Virus record (IMG/VR): IMGVR_UViG_3300033487_000008
Span: 1-49,755 of that record
Reading direction: 5' to 3' (one strand)
DNA: 49,755 bases
DNA from: a virus
Lineage: Duplodnaviria; Caudoviricetes
The notes under the pieces were generated by a model. It saw only the letters and a list, made by a program, of their open reading frames with translations, was not told the origin of the DNA and searched no databases. This document shows positions 8,457 to 17,424 of the stretch, in pieces. How positions within the stretch are numbered: the stretch's first letter is position 1; each line of letters starts with the position of its first letter. The position numbers and the translations under genes were made by a program.

Positions 8457-8858
8457 TTAATCGTCTACAGGTCTAAACTGCAGACACACTACCATGTTGG
8501 CACAAGAAGCAGCAGAGCCAGTGTTGATGTGTGTTCCAACCCTGTTTCCTGCTTCCCAGATGTGCATGTCGCTGGTTGTACCGATGGTTCCTTCCTGCAC
8601 GGTATTTATCGCAGCCGTAAGGTCTATCCCGGTAACAACGTGGTCTCCATTACCCGAGGTCTCCGTGCTTTGCAGTCTCTCGATTGCCAGCGTTCCCGCT
8701 TGTCCTGCAACAGTTCCGTGAACCTCATAGACTTTTACAAGCTGTGAACGCACAGGGCAAATTCCCACTACCCTGTCGGTAATACCAGCTGTCTGGATAC
8801 TTGTTATCACATAAGTATCCCTTGCATTTACATCAAGATTTCTTCTATATAGAGCCAT
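8457..8858 (-). CDS. Putative capsid decoration/cement protein (start MALYRR)
   Basis: Directly after the major capsid gene; SD GGAGGTG; beta-rich. Confidence 0.7.
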   Translation of the reverse strand: MALYRRNLDVNARDTYVITSIQTAGITDRVVGICPVRSQLVKVYEVHGTVAGQAGTLAIERLQSTETSGNGDHVVTGIDLTAAINTVQEGTIGTTSDMHIWEAGNRVGTHINTGSAASCANMVVCLQFRPVDD

Positions 8859-8879
8859 TTTTACACCTCCCTTCAAAAC

Positions 8880-8903
8880 AGGGCTCCTCGTAAAAGGAGC
8901 CCT
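8880..8903 (-). terminator. Hairpin between capsid and decoration genes, followed by U-rich tract on the minus strand
   Basis: AGGGCTCCT-loop-AGGAGCCCT then GTTTTG. Confidence 0.55.
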
Positions 8904-8964
8904 AAGTAAATAGTTTTACCCTCTTTCGAGATACTAGTTTATAGGTCTTTCAGACCCCTTAGAT

Positions 8965-10197
8965 TTATTGTACGTCTCTAAGGAAAGCGTGAGCTTTAGG
9001 AGCATCTGTCGTAAGGTCGGCATACCAATAAAGGACTGCCTCGTACGCATCGTATCCTGAAACTCTCGACAAGACTGCACCATCCCTATCCATCCAATTC
9101 CAGTCACTCATCTGCATTATTTCTAAGTGATTTGTGTCCACGAAAAAGACAGTGTTGGGAGGACAATCCGCATCTGCTACCCAAGGAATACCGTTGTACT
9201 CAAGGGCTAGCCAGCCTCCATCAAGCGTCATGGTATTGACATACCTCTTATCTGCCACCACAAGGGCTGCATAAGCATCTCTTAGTGAGTGGTCGGATAG
9301 AATAAGGTTTGTTTTACCAAGACCATTTTTCTCAACGGAAGTAAGACCTGCCTGAATGAGATCCAAGGTTATATCCCTCTTTGTTCCACCGTTTGAATCT
9401 GTGGAACATGTAGAACACTTCCAGTACGCATATGTGGTTCTTGAGATATTATGAAGAGTATCCACGTAAGTGTTGTCGTCTATAATACCTTTAAGCCCCA
9501 TCATTTCGTATGACCCTACTGTGGAACCAGCATCGTATCCTGCACCAGATCGTACAATGTAGTCATTGTCGTCAATAGCGGTATCCAACGCCTCACCCAT
9601 AGTACACTGTGTTGAGGAATCTACGGTAGTGATTGCTACTGCCGTATCGTTTAAGGCCCCATCAGCATCCTCACTACCATATATATCAATTTTCATTCCG
9701 TCCCAAAGATACATTGTTCCGGGGGTGTCGACAGTAAGGGTTGTTCCCGTACCAGGATCCCCGTTAACAAGACAGCGTACTGCTGTCCCGTCATTGAAGA
9801 ACTGGTAGTTAACCTCTTTCTTAAGGTCTGCGGTTATTCCTTTCATTTCAGACTCTAATGCTCTAATCATAGCACCACGGTCATCACGGCTGGCTGCGAT
9901 AGTAGGACCAGAAACCTGAATCCTGCCTCTTATGTATTTCACATTACCATAAGGATTAGCATAGTCCTGATATCCTGCTGTCGGAAGAGCACCTTCCTCA
10001 GCACCTGATCCAAGACCTGAGTTCCTGCCGATATGAGTCGTGATCTGCCAGCGTTTACCTGAAACATCCCTCTCGTTTCTGCGGATCTTATTCATAAGAA
10101 TAGTTCCGTTGTCGAGTTGGTCACGAATGACTGGCAAATAGTCAATCTTTAGAGCCTCGTCAAAATGATCTAGATTTTGAGCCGAAGTATAAGCCAT
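8965..10197 (-). CDS. Major capsid protein
   Basis: 410 aa after scaffold; strong SD AGGAGGTGA; LKIDYLP.IRDQL, DGTA, EMMGLKGII, YNGIPWVADADCP. Confidence 0.9.
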   Translation of the reverse strand: MAYTSAQNLDHFDEALKIDYLPVIRDQLDNGTILMNKIRRNERDVSGKRWQITTHIGRNSGLGSGAEEGALPTAGYQDYANPYGNVKYIRGRIQVSGPTIAASRDDRGAMIRALESEMKGITADLKKEVNYQFFNDGTAVRCLVNGDPGTGTTLTVDTPGTMYLWDGMKIDIYGSEDADGALNDTAVAITTVDSSTQCTMGEALDTAIDDNDYIVRSGAGYDAGSTVGSYEMMGLKGIIDDNTYVDTLHNISRTTYAYWKCSTCSTDSNGGTKRDITLDLIQAGLTSVEKNGLGKTNLILSDHSLRDAYAALVVADKRYVNTMTLDGGWLALEYNGIPWVADADCPPNTVFFVDTNHLEIMQMSDWNWMDRDGAVLSRVSGYDAYEAVLYWYADLTTDAPKAHAFLRDVQ

Positions 10198-10244
10198 ATT
10201 TTTCTCACCTCCTTCTACAATTATTAAATTGTCGTTATTAGGAA

Positions 10245-11006
10245 TTAAGAACGGTTAACAGCGTTTCTTGAGGCTTCTTCCCAAGTAGTAGGGGGTTTAG
10301 TTTCCCCCGGCTTTCTTGGTGCTTCGGTGGAGGTTCTTTCTGTTTGAACCCCACCGGACTTGCCTTTTATAGCTCTTTTTATCTGAGCGTCTACGTAACT
10401 ATCCCAGTTCATTTTCTGATACAGCACCTCGGGATCATAGATCTCGTTAGTAGGCGACTGCATCTCTTTTAGAATCTTCAGTTTATCGAATTTCGGCAGC
10501 CCGTCACCCCCAGGATATTTCGTTTCAAGTTCAGTAAGCCGCTTGTCAAAGGCCTCCTGCGAGGCTTTGGCCGCTGCTTCTTTCTCTTTGGCATTTAATG
10601 CCTCCTGTATTACTGGGGATACTATTTGGACGATAGCATCCCGAACATTCGGATCAACGTCTTCTAAGAGCTTGTTCTGAGACACTGCCTGCTCAGCTGC
10701 GTTCTTATTCCGTTCCTGCGCCTCAGTTTGTTGCCGTTTTAACTCAGCCAACTCCTGAGACCTTCTAGTGAATTCGGGATGGAGTTTGTTGTACTCCTCA
10801 TAGATTTCGTCTGGCGACAGTTCCCTGCCATCAGGGGTCTTGTACGTCTTAGGCGAACCTGTGACCTCTTCACTTTTTTCCGACTGTTCCGTGGGAGCTT
10901 GGTCCTTCTCTAACTTAGCAGGCTTCTTAGATTCTACTTTCGGATAACCTTCCTGCTTTTGTGGACTGTCCTTCTGGACTTGGTCTGCTTCTAAATTTTC
11001 TTCCAT
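10245..11006 (-). CDS. Head scaffolding protein
   Basis: Acidic disordered N-terminus, EFTRRSQELAE coiled coil, position between portal and capsid. Confidence 0.8.
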   Translation of the reverse strand: MEENLEADQVQKDSPQKQEGYPKVESKKPAKLEKDQAPTEQSEKSEEVTGSPKTYKTPDGRELSPDEIYEEYNKLHPEFTRRSQELAELKRQQTEAQERNKNAAEQAVSQNKLLEDVDPNVRDAIVQIVSPVIQEALNAKEKEAAAKASQEAFDKRLTELETKYPGGDGLPKFDKLKILKEMQSPTNEIYDPEVLYQKMNWDSYVDAQIKRAIKGKSGGVQTERTSTEAPRKPGETKPPTTWEEASRNAVNRS

Positions 11007-11029
11007 AGTTTGACTGCTTTCGCTTGGTC
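10882..11029 (-). repeat. Three copies of a GACCAAG-(stem-loop)-CAGTC hairpin motif
   Basis: Copies at 11012-11029 (5'UTR), 10964-10985 and 10882-10904 (in CDS). Confidence 0.75.
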
Positions 11030-11035
11030 GGGATA

Positions 11036-11062
11036 ATTATATCATGTCATGACCTGTGTCAA
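11036..11062 (-). promoter_or_regulatory. Promoter of the scaffold/capsid operon
   Basis: TGaTATAAT extended -10; TTGACA upstream with a non-canonical 15-bp spacer. Confidence 0.55.
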
Positions 11063-11065
11063 CAA

Positions 11066-11179
11066 TTATTTCTTTTTTTTCTTTACGATTTTGCTGCCGT
11101 ATTTTGCGGTCCAGCGCTTGGCTATTTCGGGATGTTTTGCATACATGTATCTGCGTTGTTTAGCACTACGAAAAGGCAT
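11066..11179 (-). CDS. Small basic phage protein (37 aa, MPFRSAKQRRYMYAKHPEIAKRW...), not in ORF track
   Basis: SD GGAGGT; fills the portal-scaffold gap; resembles a recurring phage small-protein family as I recall it. Confidence 0.8.
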   Translation of the reverse strand: MPFRSAKQRRYMYAKHPEIAKRWTAKYGSKIVKKKKK

Positions 11180-11186
11180 ATACCTC

Positions 11187-13085
11187 CTATACTTTACCGT
11201 TCATTTCAAGCTCCCCGTTTATGTGAGCTTTGAATATCATGGCTGCCTCGGGGGTGGCTTGCTTGAAGGTTCCTGTTTTTACAAAGTCAATATGCCCCTG
11301 AGTATGCTGCATGTCTGCACCCTCTGTGGGTGGAAGTTGCTGTCCGTTCATCATCTGCATGTTTTCTTGGTCTGCGAGTTCCAACATGCTTGACTGAGGA
11401 GGCTGTCCGCCCTGTTCACCAGCATGCCCCGCCACCGCTATCTGAGCGTTGGTTTCTTCCATTCTTTGCTCTCTGGCTTTTTGGGAAAGTTCTTCTACAT
11501 TAGGAAATTCAAACTGTCTTAGAATTTCCTCCGCTGGCAAAACCCCCATCTCGCCAAGTTTCATCATAGTCTCTCTTTTTGCTTCTAAGGTGTGGCCTAG
11601 CCAGCTTCCTATCTTCACAATGACCTCGTTATCCCCTGTGACAATAGTAGCTCCCTCCGGCTTTCGCTTTGCGCCCTCTCCTATTACCTTAAGATATTCC
11701 TGACCGTCTTCTGGCTCGGCTATTTTCGCAATCCGTGAAACCTGATACTTCTCTGCCACAATGTCCAAAATCTTCTCGCCCACAACTGATAAGAAAGATT
11801 CAAGGGAGGCGGTAAGCCCGGTCAAATTATTGGAATCCGCAGCCTGAATTGCTTCCAAAGTATCTCCGCTCCTTGCCCCTGTTGGCATCCTGCCCAAAGC
11901 TGCATCATGTGCCCCGAGGGTGTCTTCCAGATAGGCATTAAGCTCGTTTGTCACTTGGTCAAACCCTGCAGGCAGGGGATTCATGGTCATTTGCTGAAAA
12001 GTCCGCCCTTTGTTGATTTCAAGAACATCCCCCATTTCGTTTGTCACCACACCCGCTCCGTGACCCTTTTCTGCGATAAGACGGTAAACCAAAGCCTGAT
12101 TCATGTAAGCGATCTTTTGGGAAAGCGCCCTGTCGATGGCTTTGTTTACGGGAATGGCATCTGACACCCATGCTCTTTGATAAACCTTAAGCGGGTTCAT
12201 TTGTATCTGATAAACGTAAATCGGGTACTCTGTTTCTTCCAAATCTTCCTCTCTTAGCACTTGCGAGCCGGCATAAGTGAAAAGTTTGATTTTTCCGCCC
12301 TTTTTGTTCTTTTCATCGTCCCAAAGCAGAAATTCCTTAACTGTAATGGTAGGAATGACCTTTTCCTCGTTTATCCCGATTTCTTTGCGTAAAATCTTGG
12401 TTTTTAGCCTTGAAACCGCCAATTCGTCATCGGATTGAAGCTCTTTCCTCGCTTTTTCGTCATATCTTGTATCCGCCTTTACTTCCGCAAGACTTCTTAC
12501 TGGAGTTTTCGCTACAAAGCGTGAAATGAGTCTTCCTGCATATAAATAGGAGCGTCTGTCCCACCAAACGTCAAAAGGGTCGTGTTGTCTGATACGAACC
12601 TGCCCAATTCCCCCTTCAGCCTCCTCATCCCAGTCAACTTCCACGATTCCTACTGAGGTGGAAAGCCCCGTATCCACAACCCCCGTCACCATCTGCTCCA
12701 AATGAAGCCTCCTGTACAAATAATCAAGAACCTTCCCCAGCTTTCTTGCGTTTTTGACCGTTTCCTCGTCGATATCCCCGGGGATTATCTCCCATTTGGG
12801 CTGGGTTCTTGTGACGTAGTTTTGAATTGCCCGTTTAGTAGAGCGGATTTTGTTTACCACCATCCTAACCTCGCCTCTTTTTTTAGGCGGGTTCACTTCC
12901 AGCGAGCCTGTGACGGTGTTTACTACAATGTAATGGTTTCCGATTTCAAATTGGTAGTTTTGATACCACTCAAGGTCGTAGTTTTCTCTGGATTTTTTGA
13001 CATCCTCTAAAAGAGAGTCGCAATAAGCGATTCTTTGCTTGTCATCAAGCTTATCCCAGGGCTTTTCGTCTACGATTATGCTCAT
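11187..13085 (-). CDS. Portal protein
   Basis: 632 aa after terminase; VNKIR, DPFDVWWD, SG..LE..Q..D features of podovirus-type portals. Confidence 0.88.
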   Translation of the reverse strand: MSIIVDEKPWDKLDDKQRIAYCDSLLEDVKKSRENYDLEWYQNYQFEIGNHYIVVNTVTGSLEVNPPKKRGEVRMVVNKIRSTKRAIQNYVTRTQPKWEIIPGDIDEETVKNARKLGKVLDYLYRRLHLEQMVTGVVDTGLSTSVGIVEVDWDEEAEGGIGQVRIRQHDPFDVWWDRRSYLYAGRLISRFVAKTPVRSLAEVKADTRYDEKARKELQSDDELAVSRLKTKILRKEIGINEEKVIPTITVKEFLLWDDEKNKKGGKIKLFTYAGSQVLREEDLEETEYPIYVYQIQMNPLKVYQRAWVSDAIPVNKAIDRALSQKIAYMNQALVYRLIAEKGHGAGVVTNEMGDVLEINKGRTFQQMTMNPLPAGFDQVTNELNAYLEDTLGAHDAALGRMPTGARSGDTLEAIQAADSNNLTGLTASLESFLSVVGEKILDIVAEKYQVSRIAKIAEPEDGQEYLKVIGEGAKRKPEGATIVTGDNEVIVKIGSWLGHTLEAKRETMMKLGEMGVLPAEEILRQFEFPNVEELSQKAREQRMEETNAQIAVAGHAGEQGGQPPQSSMLELADQENMQMMNGQQLPPTEGADMQHTQGHIDFVKTGTFKQATPEAAMIFKAHINGELEMNGKV

Positions 13086-13318
13086 ATCTCCTTAGCTCTC
13101 ACTACCCTTTCTACCCCTGCCTCATCTAAAGTCATATAAGGGTCTTCTTCTATGCTAGGTGCTGGCTCGGGGGTTTCTTCCGGCACGGATTTGTACTCCT
13201 CAAGGGTCTTAGCCATGAGTTTCAGCTCTAATTCTCCACGTTCTTTTCTGTTTTGGTGGTCCTGATAGACAAGATATGCGAATTGAAGAAGAATTACCGC
13301 AAATAACACAAGTTCCAT
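13082..13318 (-). CDS. Small membrane-anchored protein (start MELVLF)
   Basis: N-terminal hydrophobic helix; TATAAT 6 nt before ATG; ATGA overlap with portal. Confidence 0.7.
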   Translation of the reverse strand: MELVLFAVILLQFAYLVYQDHQNRKERGELELKLMAKTLEEYKSVPEETPEPAPSIEEDPYMTLDEAGVERVVRAKEI

Positions 13319-13338
13319 GTGATAATTATACCCCATTT

Positions 13339-14829
13339 CTAATCCAAGCCATAGGGGTCCATAAATTCATCAAACTTTGCGACCCCACGGGACACAATGT
13401 CTTGAAGTTTTGAACCTGATTCCTTAAAAGGCTCCGTTTCTACCTCCGCAGGAAAGGAAATATCCTCTATATCGGTGAGAGCGTCAATCATATCGTCCCT
13501 TTTTCCACGTGGAAACTTGAGGATTTGCTCTTCTAGGTCGAACATGTCGCTTCTTATGTAGACTTTTCCCCTCTCAAAGCGGGGTTGAAGAACCGACCTT
13601 ATCCGCACCTCCTTTTTTATCTGAGGTCTTACTGTGATTTCTATTAAAGGAAGGAAAACGTTTCGTCTGTTTTCCTCAGTGTGAATGGGTGACATAATCC
13701 CTTGGGCTTGTCCGATGACTTCTATCGTCATGGTTTGGGGGTGCCACTGGGCATTTACAGAAAAAAGCTGTTCAATGAGTTCCCCCGTGGTCCACTTTCC
13801 GCTCCTTGTCTCCATAATCCACCAGTTATTTTCTATGTCCACTCCTACTATTATAATAGAAGACTCGTCGGCGTACTCGGATTGAGAGACTGCGGGGTCA
13901 CAAACCGCAAACATATTCATTCCTCCGGGCGGACTGGCAATCCTTTCCCCGGGTCCGTAGTATTTGAGCATGCTCCTTTTAATAAGTGCGGATTCCTCAT
14001 CAACTGGGTCGTTTAAATAAAACGCACTAAACACGTAAGAGCCTTGCAGGGATTTTAATTCTTTCAATTTCTCTTCGTTTAAAAGTTCAGGGAAATATAA
14101 CTTGCCTTTTTCAAGATACGCCCCTCTTATATAGGAGTCGATTTCCTTTCCGTACTTTTCCATTATCCATGAATAAAGTTCGTAGTAGCTCCAGCGAGTA
14201 CCTATTATAATCATCTCTCCGTCATAATCTAATAACGAGAAGGCTCTCTTCCACCAGTCGATAACTTTTTCTGCCTGATAGCGGGTGGAAGAATTCTCAA
14301 GGTTCACAAGGTCATCACAGATAATCATGCTGTAGTGCTGACTCACAAGGTTGCCCCCCACCCCCACTGCAGTAACGGTTGCTTCTTTTGTTCCAAGCCC
14401 CTTTCCTGTTACATCAAACTCATCTTCATTCCAACGAAGCTTAGGGTCATAAAACTCTCCATATAATTGAATTAAAAGTTTGTTTCTTCGCAGGTGGTCT
14501 TTAATTTCAGTTAAGAATTTTTGTGAATTGTTAAGTGTTGCGTTAGCGATTAAAATTCTTGCGTTCCTATCCTGACATATAGATTGTATCGATTTTCCTA
14601 CGGTAAAAAAAGTAGATTTGAAACACGCTCTTGGGACAAGAATCATTTTAATTCTTCTTTCAGAATTCTTATACCAGCGAGTCCACTCACCGTGAACGTG
14701 ATCTACTAATAAATCTTGTCTCTTTTTTTCTGATTCTAAAATGTACTTATTAAAAAAGAAAAGATCCCTAAGACCCTTCTCCTTCTTTTTTATCAGAAGA
14801 CTTCTGTACAATTCCTCTTTGGGTGTCAT
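13339..14829 (-). CDS. terL: Terminase large subunit
   Basis: Walker A variant PRACFKST, Walker B IICDD, IGTRW, nuclease CDPA, DDMIDA. Confidence 0.95.
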   Translation of the reverse strand: MTPKEELYRSLLIKKKEKGLRDLFFFNKYILESEKKRQDLLVDHVHGEWTRWYKNSERRIKMILVPRACFKSTFFTVGKSIQSICQDRNARILIANATLNNSQKFLTEIKDHLRRNKLLIQLYGEFYDPKLRWNEDEFDVTGKGLGTKEATVTAVGVGGNLVSQHYSMIICDDLVNLENSSTRYQAEKVIDWWKRAFSLLDYDGEMIIIGTRWSYYELYSWIMEKYGKEIDSYIRGAYLEKGKLYFPELLNEEKLKELKSLQGSYVFSAFYLNDPVDEESALIKRSMLKYYGPGERIASPPGGMNMFAVCDPAVSQSEYADESSIIIVGVDIENNWWIMETRSGKWTTGELIEQLFSVNAQWHPQTMTIEVIGQAQGIMSPIHTEENRRNVFLPLIEITVRPQIKKEVRIRSVLQPRFERGKVYIRSDMFDLEEQILKFPRGKRDDMIDALTDIEDISFPAEVETEPFKESGSKLQDIVSRGVAKFDEFMDPYGLD

Positions 14830-15121
14830 AGTCAATCATAGCTTTCTCTAAATCAGCCCTTACCATTCCGGGAACAAATATCTTTCTCGTAGAGGCTAGA
14901 GTCACAAGTTTCCTCCAAGGCAAAGTAGTATAATCCATATCCGTCTTAAGCATCTTGTTATCGTAGGCAGGGTGGTATTCCACAAGACCCACACGGGATC
15001 TGGTAAGAGCATGTTTAGCAACCTCGTTTGGGAACTCTCTGGATTCTCTTGCGTCCATGATGTACCGCACCCCCCCGATAAGAAACTCTACTTTTTCATC
15101 TGAAGGATTATATAATCTCAT
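14768..15121 (-). CDS. Hypothetical protein
   Basis: 117 aa ORF overlapping terL start. Confidence 0.7.
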   Translation of the reverse strand: MRLYNPSDEKVEFLIGGVRYIMDARESREFPNEVAKHALTRSRVGLVEYHPAYDNKMLKTDMDYTTLPWRKLVTLASTRKIFVPGMVRADLEKAMIDYDTQRGIVQKSSDKKEGEGS

Positions 15122-15124
15122 AGG

Positions 15125-15250
15125 CTATGCCTTTATCCTTTCAACCTTAAAAAGGTCCTTTCTAGCTCTCTTATTGTAAACCACAATAGGAAGCTTCTTT
15201 AAATAGAAATACATGTTTCTGCTAAACTCTCGAATGTTAACTCTTTCCAC
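15125..15250 (-). CDS. 41-aa Phd/YefM-like DNA-binding micro-protein (MERVNIREFSRNMYFYLKKLPIVVY...), not in ORF track
   Basis: TATAAT-6nt-GTG; VNIREF.RN...YL...PIVV pattern resembles Phd N-terminal domain. Confidence 0.6.
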   Translation of the reverse strand: MERVNIREFSRNMYFYLKKLPIVVYNKRARKDLFKVERIKA

Positions 15251-15277
15251 CCTACCATTATATCCCAAGTCACGACA

Positions 15278-15799
15278 TCACTCAAGTTTCCTTTCGACAG
15301 TAACGATAGTATCGTTGTGCAACCTGCCATGACAAACCAGCAGAACCTCTAAAAGCTCAAAACCCCGTTTCTTTCCCATGCCAATACTATTCCAACCAAA
15401 ACTTATTACAAGCCCTCCGGGTTTTATCTTTTGTGAAAGCAGTGTTTTGGTGTTGCTGTAAAACTTCGTGGTAACCCACTTCTTATCCAACCTGCACCCC
15501 ACCCCCTCGTAACATTCCATTATCTGCCTTAAAGAATAGGGCGGGTCATACAGACCCCCATCATAATTATTGTCGGGCTGTTGTTTCAGAAACTCTATCG
15601 CTTCCATGTGATATGTAGTAGGAGCTTTTGGATTAAGGTCGTTGGTAACTTGTGCGGGGCTGTGATAACCGGCAAAGGGATCAATCCACATTCCTTTAAC
15701 AAACATTCCTTGACCGACATACCTACTTAACAGCTTCCTTATGGGCTTAATGGTAAAAGTCCACTTATTCGGCATAGCCCACACTCTCTCAATTTTCAT
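15278..15799 (-). CDS. Adenine-specific DNA methyltransferase (orphan)
   Basis: IDPFAG motif I and DPPYS motif IV. Confidence 0.85.
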   Translation of the reverse strand: MKIERVWAMPNKWTFTIKPIRKLLSRYVGQGMFVKGMWIDPFAGYHSPAQVTNDLNPKAPTTYHMEAIEFLKQQPDNNYDGGLYDPPYSLRQIMECYEGVGCRLDKKWVTTKFYSNTKTLLSQKIKPGGLVISFGWNSIGMGKKRGFELLEVLLVCHGRLHNDTIVTVERKLE

Positions 15800-16254
15800 T
15801 CAAGTTGGTCTTTCAATTCCTTAATATGTTTATCCAACTCTTCCTCTGTCATCTCAAGGTTAAGGTTTAGCTGTTGCTTGCGTTCTGGCGCATAGACACC
15901 CCCGATTTTATTAACTTCCTGAATGTACTTTAAGCGGGTGTCGTAATTCACGGTACCGTCCTTATCTACAGCATCCAAACCCTCAATTAACTTGCCCTCC
16001 GTGACGCTATCCGCCCCCAGGATACGTTTTTCCACTAAAGAGGCAACTAATGCTTCCCTAAAGTTAGGGTTAGCTAACTGCTTTGAAGTAAGAGACCTGG
16101 CCGTGTTAGCGTTTTTCACAGGGTAGAACTTTCCTACTGACCCAACTATATCCATCTTCTTGCCACGCTCCACCTTAGCTACAACATCCCTAATCACAAG
16201 ATCCTGCTTATAACTTAACCCATGTGGGTTTTTAGGAGTTTTTCTAATTTTCAT
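15796..16254 (-). CDS. terS: Terminase small subunit (start MKIRKT)
   Basis: LSYKQ...Y..KN..TA......L.NP.F helix-turn-helix pattern; upstream of terL. Confidence 0.75.
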   Translation of the reverse strand: MKIRKTPKNPHGLSYKQDLVIRDVVAKVERGKKMDIVGSVGKFYPVKNANTARSLTSKQLANPNFREALVASLVEKRILGADSVTEGKLIEGLDAVDKDGTVNYDTRLKYIQEVNKIGGVYAPERKQQLNLNLEMTEEELDKHIKELKDQLE

Positions 16255-16412
16255 AGATTTAAAACCGTCCAGCTTACAGACAGGGCGCAAAACGCCAAAA
16301 TTACTAAAACAACTATAACAGGAACAACTAAAACATTAAACCGATCAATTACGAACCCCCAAGCCAAGCAAAGCAAAACAATCCCTAAAGGTAAAAGAGC
16401 TATTACAATCAT
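16251..16412 (-). CDS. 53-aa two-TM membrane protein, not in ORF track
   Basis: MIVIALLPLGIVLLCLAWGFV...; ATGA overlaps at both ends. Confidence 0.7.
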   Translation of the reverse strand: MIVIALLPLGIVLLCLAWGFVIDRFNVLVVPVIVVLVILAFCALSVSWTVLNL

Positions 16413-16873
16413 TTATGTTCCTTAACAACCGGATTATACACCGGAACCTGGTTGTGGTACTTACCTACATTACACTCGTAACAGAGGACTTGGAGGTTAT
16501 CATCTCTATTATCACTGGGAATGGAGTTAATGTGGTCGATTTCCAGCAAGACCCCGCCCCCCGCTTTGGAACCACACAATCGGCAGGTGAAATTATCTCT
16601 CTCCATTATCTTGTATCTCCTCTTGGGGTTTAACACCCTCCTTGTTAGCTTCCTATGATTTCTCCACTTCTCCCTTATAGTTCTTATCCTGCGTTCCTCC
16701 GAGAGACTAAGAGCCTCTTTAAGGGTTCTTATCTTCCCCTGCCTTCTTAGGTACCTTTGAATACTCCTTTCTGTGATATTAAGATTTAAAATTTTTTTAA
16801 TTTCCGGAGTCCCGTTTCCTTTTTCATAGAGAGAAAAAATATCTTCTTTAATTTTATCTAATTTAGAAATCAC
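16409..16873 (-). CDS. HTH + HNH endonuclease
   Basis: N-terminal HTH; RDNFTCRLCG, EIDH, NLQVLCYECN. Confidence 0.88.
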   Translation of the reverse strand: MISKLDKIKEDIFSLYEKGNGTPEIKKILNLNITERSIQRYLRRQGKIRTLKEALSLSEERRIRTIREKWRNHRKLTRRVLNPKRRYKIMERDNFTCRLCGSKAGGGVLLEIDHINSIPSDNRDDNLQVLCYECNVGKYHNQVPVYNPVVKEHK

Positions 16874-16908
16874 AAGTAAATAGTAACATTAAGGTCGCTA
16901 ATTGTCAA
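16874..16908 (-). promoter_or_regulatory. Leaderless sigma70 promoter of the packaging operon
   Basis: TTGACA-17bp-TACTAT (extended TG)-6nt-GTG. Confidence 0.8.
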
Positions 16909-17324
16909 TATACGAAGTATACACTGTAAAAATTTGATAGACGATCCATAGTGTTGGGATATAAATTTTAATTATTCAATTGGACATCGCACTACCACCC
17001 CCCCCCTCAATGTCGTTATTTGATATAAAATACGACATCTCTGATGCTGTTATAGAGCCTTAAACTGTATGTAGCTAGTATGTTATATGATTATAGGTTA
17101 CACACATACAATAGCACATATGACAAACAGACAACAAGCAAGCATAGATCACAATATATAAATACACCACACTATAAAACACAACACACCGGCATACATA
17201 TTACATACCTATATATCATCTCTTATATGCTCTTCTACTGCTGGGGGTGTCAAGTTTTACCACTAGGCAACAGCTACAAGGTTTACCTTTGGATATTATT
17301 TCCGTATTATTTACTCTATACCCC
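16909..17324. other. Non-coding strand-switch region; candidate genome end, pac or ori
   Basis: Between divergent promoters; C9 tract 16998-17006; TGTCGT..ACGACA inverted repeat 17011-17037; A/C-rich low-complexity tract. Confidence 0.5.
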
Positions 17325-17353
17325 TTGACAAGTTATCAATAGTATGGTACACT
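17325..17353 (+). promoter_or_regulatory. Strong early sigma70 promoter
   Basis: TTGACA-17bp-TACACT with extended TG; 12-bp hairpin starts at the predicted TSS (17359-17386). Confidence 0.8.
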
Positions 17354-17386
17354 TTCTCTGTTATGTTAGTTTAGGCTGATATAACA

Positions 17387-17402
17387 AGCTCCTTAATAAT
17401 TT
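17387..17402 (+). promoter_or_regulatory. boxA-like antitermination element 1
   Basis: AGCTCCTTAATAATTT vs rrn boxA TGCTCTTTAACAATTT. Confidence 0.55.
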
Positions 17403-17424
17403 AAAACTAGCAGAATAGGATAGC

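Noticed and set aside
14400-14780. AT-rich segment in terL as possible intron or intein
   Set aside because: Frame is continuous, protein length is normal and no splicing motifs are present
17080-17328. 82-aa His/Tyr-rich ORF
   Set aside because: Low-complexity region upstream of the early promoter; no RBS
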